Shown in pieces: positions 29,828 to 40,149 of a DNA stretch of 64,000 nt (the first letter of the stretch is position 1; every line of letters begins with the position of its first letter). Source of the stretch: Candidatus Poribacteria bacterium (GTDB lineage Bacteria > Poribacteria > WGA-4E > WGA-3G); assembly GCA_965214095.1 (NCBI GenBank), contig OZ243938.1:3040001-3104000 (forward strand), written 5' to 3'. Below the pieces are notes generated by a model. The model did not search any database, was not told the origin of the DNA, and worked only from the letters and a program-made list of their open reading frames with translations. The translations under genes and the position numbers were made by a program.

Positions 29828-31054
29828 TCACTCTGACCTCAAATCAAAAACAGTTTTAAAACTGGCAGTTTTCCCAGTATTCAGGGCAGTTTGGATGGCG
29901 TGCTTGTAGTCTCGGAGGGGAAAGGGAGTACCAACCAAAGGCAGAAATTGCTCCCCATGTTTCTGTAGCAGCTGCAGACCGAGTTGAAATGTATGCAGTT
30001 GTTCATCATTATAAGTTTCAATTCCGTAGGCATAAGACCCTTTAACCTGTAACTGCTTATACCAAATAGAGGTCCAATCTATATTTTTTGGAATTCCAGG
30101 CATACCAATTAAAACAACCTGTCCACCAAACTGTGTAAAACGGAGGGCATCGTCTATGGTAGAACTTGAACCGACACAGTCAAAGGTAATATCTACACCA
30201 CCCTGTAAGACCAACTTACCGATTTCAGGTTGATATGAAGCCGCATTTGTCAATTCACAGAAAACATCATAACTACTACTATTAACCGGAATTATCTCAT
30301 CTGCACCGAGTTTCTCTGCTAATTCCTGTTGATGCGGGTATTTAGCAGAAATAAGGATCCTGTTTTGATGACCCAACATCCGTAGCGATGCAACCGTCAA
30401 CAAGCCTATTGTTCCACCACCAATTACACAGATTTCGTCTGAATCAGAGATTTCTGTTTGTAGGACACCATGCAACGCACACGCAAACGGTTCAAGCAGC
30501 ACAGCAATTTCATCCGATATATCATCAGGCACATGATGAACTTGTGATTGATGTGCCAGCACAAAATCACTCCAACCTCCTCCTGTATCTCTACAAAAAC
30601 CTGTCTGTAGTCCTTCAGCGATACTCCCCTTTGTAACATTCTCACAGTTTACATACTGCTGATTTTGACATTGAACACAAGGGGGATCAATCTCTCGCAC
30701 GCTACAAGCTAATACAGGTTCAACAACTACCCTATCACCGATAGACATACCGTCAACGTCCTCACCCATTTCAGCGATTTCACCAACTATCTCATGTCCT
30801 AAAACAAAAGGGTCTGATGTGAATGGGGACAGATAGACACTCCCCTTGGCTGTAATCGTGGATAAATCTGAGCCACAGATTCCACTCAATCGGTTCTTGA
30901 TTTTCACCCATTGAGGCGTGGGGAGTTGCGGTTCGGGTAGGTCCACGAGACGTGTGCATGAGAGTGGAGACGTATAGAGACTTCTCCACCTATGTCCAAG
31001 GTAGCGTAGGACTACATAACGTTTGATGCTTTTGGTGTATTGTATGGCTTTCAC
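29828..31054 (-). CDS. Zinc-dependent medium-chain alcohol dehydrogenase
   Basis: GICGSD, GHEIVG, structural Zn cysteines (C..C..C..C) and GGGTIG NAD-binding motif. Confidence 0.9.
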   Translation of the reverse strand: MKAIQYTKSIKRYVVLRYLGHRWRSLYTSPLSCTRLVDLPEPQLPTPQWVKIKNRLSGICGSDLSTITAKGSVYLSPFTSDPFVLGHEIVGEIAEMGEDVDGMSIGDRVVVEPVLACSVREIDPPCVQCQNQQYVNCENVTKGSIAEGLQTGFCRDTGGGWSDFVLAHQSQVHHVPDDISDEIAVLLEPFACALHGVLQTEISDSDEICVIGGGTIGLLTVASLRMLGHQNRILISAKYPHQQELAEKLGADEIIPVNSSSYDVFCELTNAASYQPEIGKLVLQGGVDITFDCVGSSSTIDDALRFTQFGGQVVLIGMPGIPKNIDWTSIWYKQLQVKGSYAYGIETYNDEQLHTFQLGLQLLQKHGEQFLPLVGTPFPLRDYKHAIQTALNTGKTASFKTVFDLRSE

Positions 31055-31063
31055 GGTATCTGT

Positions 31064-32257
31064 CTAATTTGCCTCGTTTTGATAATACTCCATCAATATC
31101 TCAGCAACTTCAGGTCTTGATATTTCAGGTGGAAGCTGCTCACCTGCGCCAAGCATTTCACGCATTTTCGTGCCAGAAATTGAGAAATAATCATCCGATC
31201 CATGCGGACAGTCACCCATCATAATAATCTTATTGCATTTATTGCACCACATTGTCCAATTACCACGGAATATCTCAATTTCTAACGCATCTTTCGGGAT
31301 GTCATCAAAGATTGTCTGTGCGTCAAATGGACCATAAAAATCACCTGCACCAGCATGGTCACGTCCAACGATAAAGTGGGATGCACCACAGTTCTGACGA
31401 AAAACCGCATGAAGCAGTGCTTCTCTCGGTCCAGCATATAACATATCAAATCCATAACCAGTGATAGAGACGGTATTTTCAGGAAAATAGTGGTCTACCA
31501 TAGTTCTAATTGCGGCATCACGAACAGCAGCTGGAATATCACCCGGTTTCAGTTTGCCAAGCAACATGTGAATTAGAACACCATCAGCATCCACATCTCT
31601 TTGTGCTATCTTACAAAGTTCTTCATGTGCACGGTGCATCGGGTTTCGAGTTTGAAATGCAACTACAGTTTCCCAGCCACGTTTCGTAATGTCTTCGCGA
31701 ATCTCAATGGCTGTTCGGAATGTATCAGGAAAATCCGTTGGAAAATAGGAATAGTTCAAAACTTGAATTGAACCGGATAGCACGTTATCACCAACATCTG
31801 CAAAAGCGGGAACACCCGGATGGTCAGGATCGGTTGTGCCAAAAGTCTTTTCTATAATAAGTTGCTTTTGTTCATCTGAAATCTGTTCTATTGTCGAAAC
31901 TTTCATAATTGCAATGGGTGGATTGCCATCAACATTCGGGTCACGAAGTGTAATACGGTCAGTGTTTTTGACTGCATCCGATAGTTCATCGTCAGAAACA
32001 ATGTTCATGATAGGAACTGGCCAAAAAAGTCCATTCGGCAGTTTCATTTCGGATGCAACACTTACCGCTTCGGCTATGTTCATATATCCAGACAACGGTG
32101 TAAAGTAACCCGATGCAAGCATTACGGCTGATGCAGCTGCTCCTGAACTGATTAGGACAGATGGAAGGTTATCCGCCTCTTTTATCAGTTCAGCACGTTC
32201 CGCATCATCCGATACGTAAAGGGGTGTTAAGGTTTCGGCTCCATGTGGTTTAATCAT
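31064..32257 (-). CDS. sat: Sulfate adenylyltransferase (ATP sulfurylase)
   Basis: FQTRNPMHRAH, YAGPREA, IVGRDHAG and ISGTKMR motifs. Confidence 0.96.
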   Translation of the reverse strand: MIKPHGAETLTPLYVSDDAERAELIKEADNLPSVLISSGAAASAVMLASGYFTPLSGYMNIAEAVSVASEMKLPNGLFWPVPIMNIVSDDELSDAVKNTDRITLRDPNVDGNPPIAIMKVSTIEQISDEQKQLIIEKTFGTTDPDHPGVPAFADVGDNVLSGSIQVLNYSYFPTDFPDTFRTAIEIREDITKRGWETVVAFQTRNPMHRAHEELCKIAQRDVDADGVLIHMLLGKLKPGDIPAAVRDAAIRTMVDHYFPENTVSITGYGFDMLYAGPREALLHAVFRQNCGASHFIVGRDHAGAGDFYGPFDAQTIFDDIPKDALEIEIFRGNWTMWCNKCNKIIMMGDCPHGSDDYFSISGTKMREMLGAGEQLPPEISRPEVAEILMEYYQNEAN

Positions 32258-32294
32258 TAGTATCTCCTTAAATTATGTGTAAATAAAACCGTTA

Positions 32295-34496
32295 TCAATC
32301 TTCAACTTCTATCTGTTCAACGATACATCCGTTCCATATCCAATGGATATGTCTCTTTGCAGTTTCAATCCGCTTTTTCGTTGTGTAAATCACGAGAGCA
32401 ATATGTTCATTATTTACCTCTACAATGGCTTCTTTTTCAACCATTTTGTTGTTGGGAGGCACATAAAGTTTCTTTATAATTCGTTTGCCGTTTGCCAACA
32501 TATTAACTTCATGTGTTGCTGCTTCTGCGGATTGAAAGATATTTGTTACCTTATATGTGCCATTCGGCAGGTCAATTCTGAAGGCTGCATCCTCTTTGCC
32601 ATGCACAGAATCTCTTGTGAGTGGTGTCGTATTTTCTGGTGGTCCCAAATAAGCTGCACGAGGTGTGATTCGCCAGTTATCTTTATTTAACGGATCTCTC
32701 GGATTCCACTCTGTATCCCATCCGTATTTGCCACTGATATACATAGTTTTCGGCGCGACAATATGATGATTCTCCTCTGCCTCTGCACTATCAGGCTGCA
32801 TATCAAACCGTATTACCAGATTACCATCTTCTGTCTTGTTCCAAAGTTCAAGTTCAGGTTCAAGTGCTGATTTTCTTTTGAAAAGTTTCAGATGTTCTGT
32901 TTGATGAATAATGTCATAGGTATCTTTGAGATCTGCAAACTCCTCTGTTTCTGGGTAGTTCCATGCAACAACATAATCAGCACGGATATAACTTAATCCT
33001 ACACTTTTTTGGTTGTTGCGATTTACCGGAAAATAGTCATAGTTTGCCTCATAGTTTGACATGTGAACGACATCATCAACATATACACCATAGAATGCTT
33101 GTGCATGGATATAGGGTGTGACATATTTGACTTCACCGAGTGCCTCAGATTTGTGTGCTTGTGCCACGCGTATAGCGTATGTGGTATGGGGTTCTATATA
33201 TTCTGTTCCTGAAACAAGTTCAGCAATTTCTGGTGATATCCGGGCATGGTCATAAGCCGTTCTGCCCCAATGAAGTAAAGCAAAAATAACAAGACAGGTT
33301 GTTATTGCATAACGTATGACTCCATGTCTATTCATAGATAGCAATGGTAGTAACTTCGGTCTCTCAGGATATAATTCCTTATCAGGTTGTGTTTCAAAAT
33401 CTGGAATAAGCAACCACGGTGCCACCATCAATAGAATATATATATGAATCCGATCATTAATCCACCCACCAGGTCCATAACCCCACGGTGCCTTCGCAAA
33501 CATATAAGTAAACAGTAATGCTATCAATAGAAACACATCTGTCTGTTTAATCCACTGTCTTCGGTATATCCTATAAATAATAGAAATTATAACGCCGATA
33601 CCTAAAATCACAAGCAATGAATAATTAACAGGAATATGCCAATCCGTAAAGTAAACAATTGACTTAACACCCCAAAAGTAATCCCAAATCCATTCCATAC
33701 CACGATGGCTTCCTGATTGATGCTGCTTAAGACTTTGCAGATAGTATTCCATCAAAACAAAATACATTGGTACCATATAAAGGAAGAAACCGAACAAAGG
33801 TTTGAGACTAACATTGAGACTAACAGTGAATTGTTTGCATGCTGTGAACCAATCTTTCTTCCGTTCCATCCATGCCTCAACCAAGGCGTTGATACCCCAT
33901 ATACATCCTGCTGCTACAGACATGCCTAACACTATTAATCCATAAGAAGCGATATGGGATAGATAAGTGAGTAACAACAATATGTATAAAATGCAGAGAT
34001 GTCTTACCTGTATATTTTCCTTGTGTTTCCACCAGAAACCGAAACTAAAAAAGAAAAAACTAATGCTCAGTGTAAAATTGTAGAATCCCATATAGAGAAG
34101 GTAGTTATATGCAAATGGAAAACCGATCCAAGCGTAAAGATACTTTGAATCCCGCTCTTTATGGACTGCACTGAGGAAATAGAAAAAGGCAATAGGGATT
34201 AATCCAACAGCAATTGTAAGGAATATTTTTTCGGACATCACAGGTGGAAAGATGTATAAGAGCGCAGCAAGGATTATATGTGACAACCAGTTCGGAAAGA
34301 TGGTAATGTTAAGTTTCCATGCATCACGTATTTTGTAGTTTTCATGTTGTCCATACTCTTTTAGTACAAGAGCATTGTAAACATGGCTCGGACCATCTTG
34401 AGATGGGAAATATGCAAAAATCCAAATCGGAAGGAGATGTAATATCAACAACACAACGAATAGGTGTTTCCAAGACAGGTTTCTCCAACTAAACAT
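32295..34496 (-). CDS. Polytopic membrane protein (GT-C-like) with soluble C-terminal beta-sandwich
   Basis: PSQDGPSH..N after the first TM helix, YMGFYNF and INDR motifs, about 12 TM helices, C-terminal FRIDLPNGTYKV. Confidence 0.65.
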   Translation of the reverse strand: MFSWRNLSWKHLFVVLLILHLLPIWIFAYFPSQDGPSHVYNALVLKEYGQHENYKIRDAWKLNITIFPNWLSHIILAALLYIFPPVMSEKIFLTIAVGLIPIAFFYFLSAVHKERDSKYLYAWIGFPFAYNYLLYMGFYNFTLSISFFFFSFGFWWKHKENIQVRHLCILYILLLLTYLSHIASYGLIVLGMSVAAGCIWGINALVEAWMERKKDWFTACKQFTVSLNVSLKPLFGFFLYMVPMYFVLMEYYLQSLKQHQSGSHRGMEWIWDYFWGVKSIVYFTDWHIPVNYSLLVILGIGVIISIIYRIYRRQWIKQTDVFLLIALLFTYMFAKAPWGYGPGGWINDRIHIYILLMVAPWLLIPDFETQPDKELYPERPKLLPLLSMNRHGVIRYAITTCLVIFALLHWGRTAYDHARISPEIAELVSGTEYIEPHTTYAIRVAQAHKSEALGEVKYVTPYIHAQAFYGVYVDDVVHMSNYEANYDYFPVNRNNQKSVGLSYIRADYVVAWNYPETEEFADLKDTYDIIHQTEHLKLFKRKSALEPELELWNKTEDGNLVIRFDMQPDSAEAEENHHIVAPKTMYISGKYGWDTEWNPRDPLNKDNWRITPRAAYLGPPENTTPLTRDSVHGKEDAAFRIDLPNGTYKVTNIFQSAEAATHEVNMLANGKRIIKKLYVPPNNKMVEKEAIVEVNNEHIALVIYTTKKRIETAKRHIHWIWNGCIVEQIEVED

Positions 34497-34523
34497 TTTT
34501 CACTCCAGATAATGTTTCGTCAC

Positions 34524-35192
34524 CTAAGTTTGTATATTCTCTTTAAAATAGAGACAGTGTTGTGTTAATGGACACTTCTCACATAAAGGTTTTCTTGCAT
34601 TACATATTTGCCTACCGAAATAGATGAGGTTCATGTGGAAAGAATATGTTTTTCCGTTAGGGATGATGGCAGGTAATTCAAGATGAGCCTTTTCTGCACT
34701 ACAATTCGGGGAGATTAATCCGAGTCGTTTTGAAATTCGGAGGATATGTGTATCAACGGGGAACACTTCTCTACCACAGGCAAATGAAAGTGTTACCGAG
34801 GCTGTTTTGATTCCGATTCCTTTATGTTGAATAAGGAATTCTAATGCATCCTCCGTTTTCATATCGTGGATAAATTCTAATGACAATTCATTATATTCAG
34901 TTTTGAGCCAAGATAGGAAGTTCTTAATAGTTTCGGTCTTCTGTCTCCCTAATCCTACAATCTTTATTGTTTCTTCAACGGCATTGGCATCTGCTCGTAA
35001 CACATCTTCCCAAGTCGGAAATTTCTCTCTAAGTTGTGCATATCCCTTATCACGACTGACATCAGTTGTGTTCTGTGACAGTATGGTCAGGATGAGACAT
35101 TCCAGGATATCTTCCGTGCCATCCCAAGTAGGGACACCGAGTAAATGTTCCAGTGTGTCCGATATGTATTGTGCTTTCTGATGTAAATTCAA
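34524..35192 (-). CDS. nth: Endonuclease III (HhH-GPD, 4Fe-4S)
   Basis: LSQNTTD, GIGIKTA, FPVDTH and CNARKPLCEKCPLTQHC. Confidence 0.9.
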   Translation of the reverse strand: MNLHQKAQYISDTLEHLLGVPTWDGTEDILECLILTILSQNTTDVSRDKGYAQLREKFPTWEDVLRADANAVEETIKIVGLGRQKTETIKNFLSWLKTEYNELSLEFIHDMKTEDALEFLIQHKGIGIKTASVTLSFACGREVFPVDTHILRISKRLGLISPNCSAEKAHLELPAIIPNGKTYSFHMNLIYFGRQICNARKPLCEKCPLTQHCLYFKENIQT

Positions 35193-35343
35193 GGATAGAT
35201 TCCATTCTAATGTTTTTATTATTATATCACAAAATGAAAAAATAGCAAATATTTCTATGGTGCACTCAACAACAGAACTCTTGCCAATTTAAAGAAAACA
35301 TGGTATTATCCTATTAATACTAATTCTGCTTGGAGGTCTGATA

Positions 35344-36564
35344 ATGCGTTTTGCTCGTTTCCTGACAACAACGACTGTTTTACTTTTACTTATTAGTTTT
35401 TATGTTTCATCCCCTTCCCACGGTTTTATTGAACGTGAGTTTACGATACGCGAAGTGCTTGATGCATGTACAAATATTGTGTTCGGAGAAGTCCAAGTTG
35501 CCAATGCTCGCAGGTTACAAGCTATCATTACTGTTAAAGAAGATGTAAAAGGCAAAAGTAATTTAAAAGAAATAAAAATGAATTTTGCTACAGGACAATA
35601 TAAACAGAACACTTCACCCCAAATAATGGCCCGTTTGCTAAAAGAGGGTATGCCAATAATTGTGTTCTATCGTGAACAATACGGTATTGATAGTATGTGT
35701 TTCATTGATAATACCTGGTTTCAGATGCGTAGTTATCAGGGCAGACGTAACAGGCTTGAAAGAAACAGTGGTGCATCTTGGTGGAGTTTCACACATATTG
35801 ACCCAATGATGAAACGCACGTATGATGGAAAGACAAAGGATTTTCAGAAAGTTGTTCGTGATATGTTAGCAGGTAAAATGTGGGTCACTGCCCCAAAAAA
35901 CGGGGTAAAAGTTCTCGTCTTAACTGGAAATAGCACCCCTACGACTTGGGGGCAATCTCATGTCCACACAAACACAATGACTTATGAATACAAGGCACTA
36001 CGCAATGTGAAGACGGCTGGAAAACGTCCAATGGCTTATGAATCTACAAAAATGCGTACGTTACCAAACCTAAAAGATGCAGATCTTTTATGGCTCGGAT
36101 ACGAAGAAATATCAAGCTACGGGAGACATCTTCTATCTACTGGGACAGAGAAAAAAATAAAAGACTTCGTCAAAAATGGCGGTATTGTCGTCGTTGCAGG
36201 ACAAGACAGTACAATGCGTAGACCTTGTGGAATCGGATGGTTGCAAGGTAATTTGAAAGGCGTTGAAAGTCCACCAGATAGACATTTTGTGATTATAGAC
36301 AATTCTGAACCCGTATTTTCCACCCCGCACAGAATCCGATCCGGCACACTGTTTATTGATGATGCATGGGTGGAATGGGAAGAAAACGATCAAGTATTTG
36401 CAACTACAAAAGAACGTAATGAACTTGTAGTCGGTGCACGAAAGTATGGAAAAGGGCTATATATCATTACAAGCCTTCGCAATGATACACAGTATACAGT
36501 TTCCAACAACAAACTGCTAATGGAAAACATCCTTCATTATGCTGTGAAGACGCTTAAGAAATGA
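35344..36564 (+). CDS. Hypothetical secreted protein, C-terminal region possibly GATase-like fold
   Basis: Signal peptide, GGAGG RBS, and IKDFVKNGGIVVV...YGKGLYIIT...LMENIL pattern. Confidence 0.7.
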   Translation: MRFARFLTTTTVLLLLISFYVSSPSHGFIEREFTIREVLDACTNIVFGEVQVANARRLQAIITVKEDVKGKSNLKEIKMNFATGQYKQNTSPQIMARLLKEGMPIIVFYREQYGIDSMCFIDNTWFQMRSYQGRRNRLERNSGASWWSFTHIDPMMKRTYDGKTKDFQKVVRDMLAGKMWVTAPKNGVKVLVLTGNSTPTTWGQSHVHTNTMTYEYKALRNVKTAGKRPMAYESTKMRTLPNLKDADLLWLGYEEISSYGRHLLSTGTEKKIKDFVKNGGIVVVAGQDSTMRRPCGIGWLQGNLKGVESPPDRHFVIIDNSEPVFSTPHRIRSGTLFIDDAWVEWEENDQVFATTKERNELVVGARKYGKGLYIITSLRNDTQYTVSNNKLLMENILHYAVKTLKK

Positions 36565-36575
36565 TGTTATACACG

Positions 36576-36665
36576 CTATAGAAATTTCGTCCACGGTAGG
36601 CGAGGTTTCCTAACCTCGCAGATGCAGAGTGTTCAAGTAATTTCAATTTCAAAATCTACTATATA
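36576..36665. repeat. Inverted partial copy of the family-A element with REP hairpin between convergent genes (possible terminator)
   Basis: ggtaggcgaggtttcctaacctcgc...gagtgttcaagtaatttc...ctactatata is the reverse complement of about 13480-13548. Confidence 0.75.
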
Positions 36666-36669
36666 CGTC

Positions 36670-37872
36670 TTATAGAAATTTTGTCACCACTAATGTGATG
36701 TCATCATGTAGGTTTTCACCTTGTTGATATGCTTCAAGATCGGCTAATATCTCAGTCCTAATTTCAACTGGAGATAGGGAGCGATTTTTAACTAGCAGGT
36801 CCTTTAAACGTTCAATCCCATACATCTCAGCATCTGCATTAAATGCTTCAGTGATACCATCAGAATAAAGCACAAGAAAGTCACCGGGTTCCCATGTAGT
36901 TTCTGTACTATGGTAGTGAGTCACTGCATCTTGATCTGGTAATGCAATACCTACTGGCGTAAATTGCGAGTCTAATTCAATGAATTCATCACTCTTCATC
37001 CGATAAAGAAGCATTGAAGGGTGTCCCGCGTTGGCAAATTCAAGTCGATTGTCCTGATGGATAATCACATAACAACATGTCATATAGATAAAGGTCTGTG
37101 CATCTTCCTCCGTGACGCGTTTTACGGCTTGCATTACCTCTGGTACCGATGCATCAAACCGTATTTGTGTCTGAATGCCACTTTTAGTCATCGCTGCGAC
37201 CATCGCAGAATGAAACCCATGCCCCATCACATCACCGATAAAAATTCCAACCTGTTCATTTGGCAGATAGAGATAATCATAATAATCCCCACCGACATTG
37301 TTCGTTGGTTGGCAATATCCGGCAGAAGTAATACACGAATGTTTAATCTCTTCGTTTGGCAAGATTGATTGCTGTACCTGCGCTGCGAGTCGCATAGACT
37401 CCTCTTGGGCGATCTCTTTGCGAATGGCACCCATCTGAACTTCAAGATCATTCCGTATCTTATTATTGAGAACCCGAAACATACCTCTACCAATCAGCGG
37501 AATGCGGGCTAATGCTTGGAAAAAATCGTCACGATCAATACGCAGCAGACGTGTTAAAGTGCACGTTTTAATCGTTGCACTTCTCGGTTTATCGTCAATC
37601 AGCGCAACTTCACCGAAACAATATCCCTTCTCTTTAAATGATAATACTTCTGTTTCAGCTTTGATGATGCTGATTTCGCCATCTACCAAAAAGTAAAGTG
37701 AATCTCCTTCCGCACCTTCCTTAAAAATAGTGTGACTTTTAGGGAAAACTATTTCATGGGCAATGTCGCTAATAGATTCTATATCTGCTATTGAGAGTTC
37801 TGCAAAAAGTTCAGTCTGTTTTAGAAACGTGCTTTTCTCTTTGGCTAACATAAACACAAATATCCTCGGCAA
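36670..37872 (-). CDS. cNMP-binding domain + SpoIIE/PP2C protein phosphatase
   Basis: CFGEVAL...PRSAT (cNMP); VGGDYYD, GDVMGHG, YSDGITE and DDIT (PP2C). Likely start at ATG 37851. Confidence 0.9.
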   Translation of the reverse strand: MPRIFVFMLAKEKSTFLKQTELFAELSIADIESISDIAHEIVFPKSHTIFKEGAEGDSLYFLVDGEISIIKAETEVLSFKEKGYCFGEVALIDDKPRSATIKTCTLTRLLRIDRDDFFQALARIPLIGRGMFRVLNNKIRNDLEVQMGAIRKEIAQEESMRLAAQVQQSILPNEEIKHSCITSAGYCQPTNNVGGDYYDYLYLPNEQVGIFIGDVMGHGFHSAMVAAMTKSGIQTQIRFDASVPEVMQAVKRVTEEDAQTFIYMTCCYVIIHQDNRLEFANAGHPSMLLYRMKSDEFIELDSQFTPVGIALPDQDAVTHYHSTETTWEPGDFLVLYSDGITEAFNADAEMYGIERLKDLLVKNRSLSPVEIRTEILADLEAYQQGENLHDDITLVVTKFL

Positions 37873-38095
37873 TGTGCTTTATTGAGTATTATTTGAAAGA
37901 AATATTCAACTATCGGTTTTATTTAGCAATCGTGGTATTATATCCAACCTACCTGTATTTGTCAAACCTGTTTTTGCCTAAACTCATTAGACATATCTTG
38001 CACAATTGTTCATTGCATAGTATCATTATTTGAATAATGACTTAATGTGACAATTGCATGTTACCATCAATTCACACCAATACTGGAGCACATCT

Positions 38096-38707
38096 ATGAT
38101 CTCAGTCTACAAAATAAAACCTTGGTTTCAACAATTACTAAAACCGGTACTGACAACACTCCATAAAATCGGTTTCACGCCCAACGCTATCACTTGGATG
38201 GCAATACTATTGTCAGCAGTCATCGGTGTTCTATTATGGTTCTATCCTAATGGTGCTATGCTCTGGATATTTGCTGTCGCTTTATTAGTAAGAATGACGT
38301 TGAACGCACTTGATGGGATGATGGCGAAAATGTATAACATGACAAGCACTTCAGGTGAAATACTAAATGAACTTGGTGATGTCATATCCGATGCTGTCAT
38401 GTTTTTCCCGCTGATAAAACTTACTGGGGTCAACTTCTGGTGGGTGCTGTTGTTTATGTTCCTCTCTATGCTAAATGAATTCATCGGAGTCCTAACGAAA
38501 GCTGCGACAGGTACAAGAAGATACGACGGTCCAATGGGTAAGAGTGATAGAGCCTTAATATTGGGGATTACTTGTTTGCTGTTCTTCTTTTGGGAAAAGG
38601 TATCGTTAGCTTTCAATTACATTTTCATTGGAATGAGTATCCTGTTATTATTGAGTTCTGCAATTCGAATTAAAAATGGATTAAAACAAATCGGGAGTGC
38701 TGAATGA
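38096..38707 (+). CDS. ynbA: CDP-alcohol phosphatidyltransferase (YnbA-like)
   Basis: MISVYKIKPWFQQLLKP, NALDGMMA...GEILNELGDVISD and GPMGKSDRA; GGAG RBS. Confidence 0.85.
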   Translation: MISVYKIKPWFQQLLKPVLTTLHKIGFTPNAITWMAILLSAVIGVLLWFYPNGAMLWIFAVALLVRMTLNALDGMMAKMYNMTSTSGEILNELGDVISDAVMFFPLIKLTGVNFWWVLLFMFLSMLNEFIGVLTKAATGTRRYDGPMGKSDRALILGITCLLFFFWEKVSLAFNYIFIGMSILLLLSSAIRIKNGLKQIGSAE

Positions 38708-39660
38708 ATATACTAAATTTGCTTATAGTTCAACAAAAGGAAATTGCATTAGTTATCGGTTTGATTTTCGGAATTCTCGTTTTTGCATCCTTTCTTTTCT
38801 GGATTTTGGGAAAAGTAAAACCAAAAACCGACCTATCTGAATTAGTCATGAGAACCAAATCGTGGTGGGTAATGGCTATTATCTTTGTTTTGGCTATCAT
38901 TTTACATCCTGTTATCACCTTTATCTCTTTAGGGTTGTTGTCTTTTCTTGCGTTGCGAGAATTATCAACAATAAGCAAAAACGTCAGAGAATCAGATCGA
39001 AAGGTATTGATATGGTGCTTCTTGAGCATTCCATTCCAATATTATTTTGCATACATCGGACAATACAGCCTGTTTATCATCTTCATTCCTGTGTTTATGT
39101 ATCTATGGATCGCATTTATGCTGGTGATAATCGGTGAAACAGAGGATATTAGCCGTTCCATGAGTGTCCTACCTGCCCAATTGATGCTTACCGTTTTTGG
39201 TATCAGTCATCTGGCATTTCTGGTTTCATTGCCTGATATTGATGGCTTTGACGCAGGAGGTAGAGCTCTACTGTTGTTCATTGTTTTCATAACAGAAATG
39301 AACGATGTCTTCCAGTTCACATGGGGAAAGTTACTTGGAAGATTTAAGGTCATTCCAAAGGTCAGTCCGAATAAAACTTGGGAAGGATTGATAGGAGGCG
39401 TTATTACTTCGGTAATTGTTGGTTACTTTTTGCGTTTCTTAACACCATTCTCCGAAATTGAAATTTTGATCACTTGTGGCATAGTAGCAATTACCGGTTT
39501 TGTCGGTGATGTCGTTGTTTCTGCTATTAAGAGAGATATAGGTCTAAAAGATACAGGAGAAGCAATTCCCGGTCATGGTGGGATTTTAGACAGAATTGAT
39601 TCGCTTGCTGTCACGGGACCAGTGTTCTTTCATATTGTGTATAACCTATATTACCTCTGA
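38704..39660 (+). CDS. ynbB: Phosphatidate cytidylyltransferase (YnbB-like)
   Basis: RTKSWWVM, VSPNKTWEG and KD.G..IPGHGGILDRIDS. Overlaps the ynbA stop. Confidence 0.88.
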   Translation: MNILNLLIVQQKEIALVIGLIFGILVFASFLFWILGKVKPKTDLSELVMRTKSWWVMAIIFVLAIILHPVITFISLGLLSFLALRELSTISKNVRESDRKVLIWCFLSIPFQYYFAYIGQYSLFIIFIPVFMYLWIAFMLVIIGETEDISRSMSVLPAQLMLTVFGISHLAFLVSLPDIDGFDAGGRALLLFIVFITEMNDVFQFTWGKLLGRFKVIPKVSPNKTWEGLIGGVITSVIVGYFLRFLTPFSEIEILITCGIVAITGFVGDVVVSAIKRDIGLKDTGEAIPGHGGILDRIDSLAVTGPVFFHIVYNLYYL

Positions 39661-39697
39661 CATATTCCCACGCCTAAAGGTGGAGGGTTCTTTGTTC
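39657..39697. mobile_element. Possible IS200/IS605-family end remnant
   Basis: tgacatattcccacgcctaaaggtggagggttc resembles the subterminal hairpin of IS605-type ends (pattern recognition only). Confidence 0.35.
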
Positions 39698-39777
39698 TTA
39701 CATTAACGACTTGTGCTAGTTACGTAATAGTTTAGTTATTTTTCACAACTGTTCATATTTTAGTTGATACTTTCAGG

Positions 39778-39848
39778 AAATTGGTAATTTTTTCCGTACA
39801 CGAATCTTGTCTATGACTGGGTTTTTCCGATCAAAAAATTACCAATTT
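39778..39848. repeat. Inverted-repeat element (16-bp perfect IR)
   Basis: aaattggtaatttttt / aaaaaattaccaattt. Confidence 0.6.
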
Positions 39849-39860
39849 TACCAATTAGTA

Positions 39861-39943
39861 ATACCATTTCTAATAAAGAATAGTTTATTATGAGATTGTG
39901 AATTCAGACTAAGACAGAGAAAATCAATTTTAGAAATGGTATA
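39861..39943. mobile_element. MITE-like element with TIR ataccatttcta / tagaaatggtat
   Basis: Same TIRs as 7840-7956 but a different interior. Confidence 0.55.
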
Positions 39944-40149
39944 ATTTGACAAGATATTGTAGTTCACAAATTAGGGGAGGGTACTAAAAAAGTGACCTTA
40001 TGTATATTTGGCTAAATTGCGTAGACATAGGCTTTACGGTATGTTTGCGTTTTTCAAAATTTTAGTACGCTGCTTATTGAGTAACAGCAGAATGGCTACA
40101 GAAATGTCTTACCTTGAATTTCAGTAATAATATCCTTGTTTTTTCTCTA

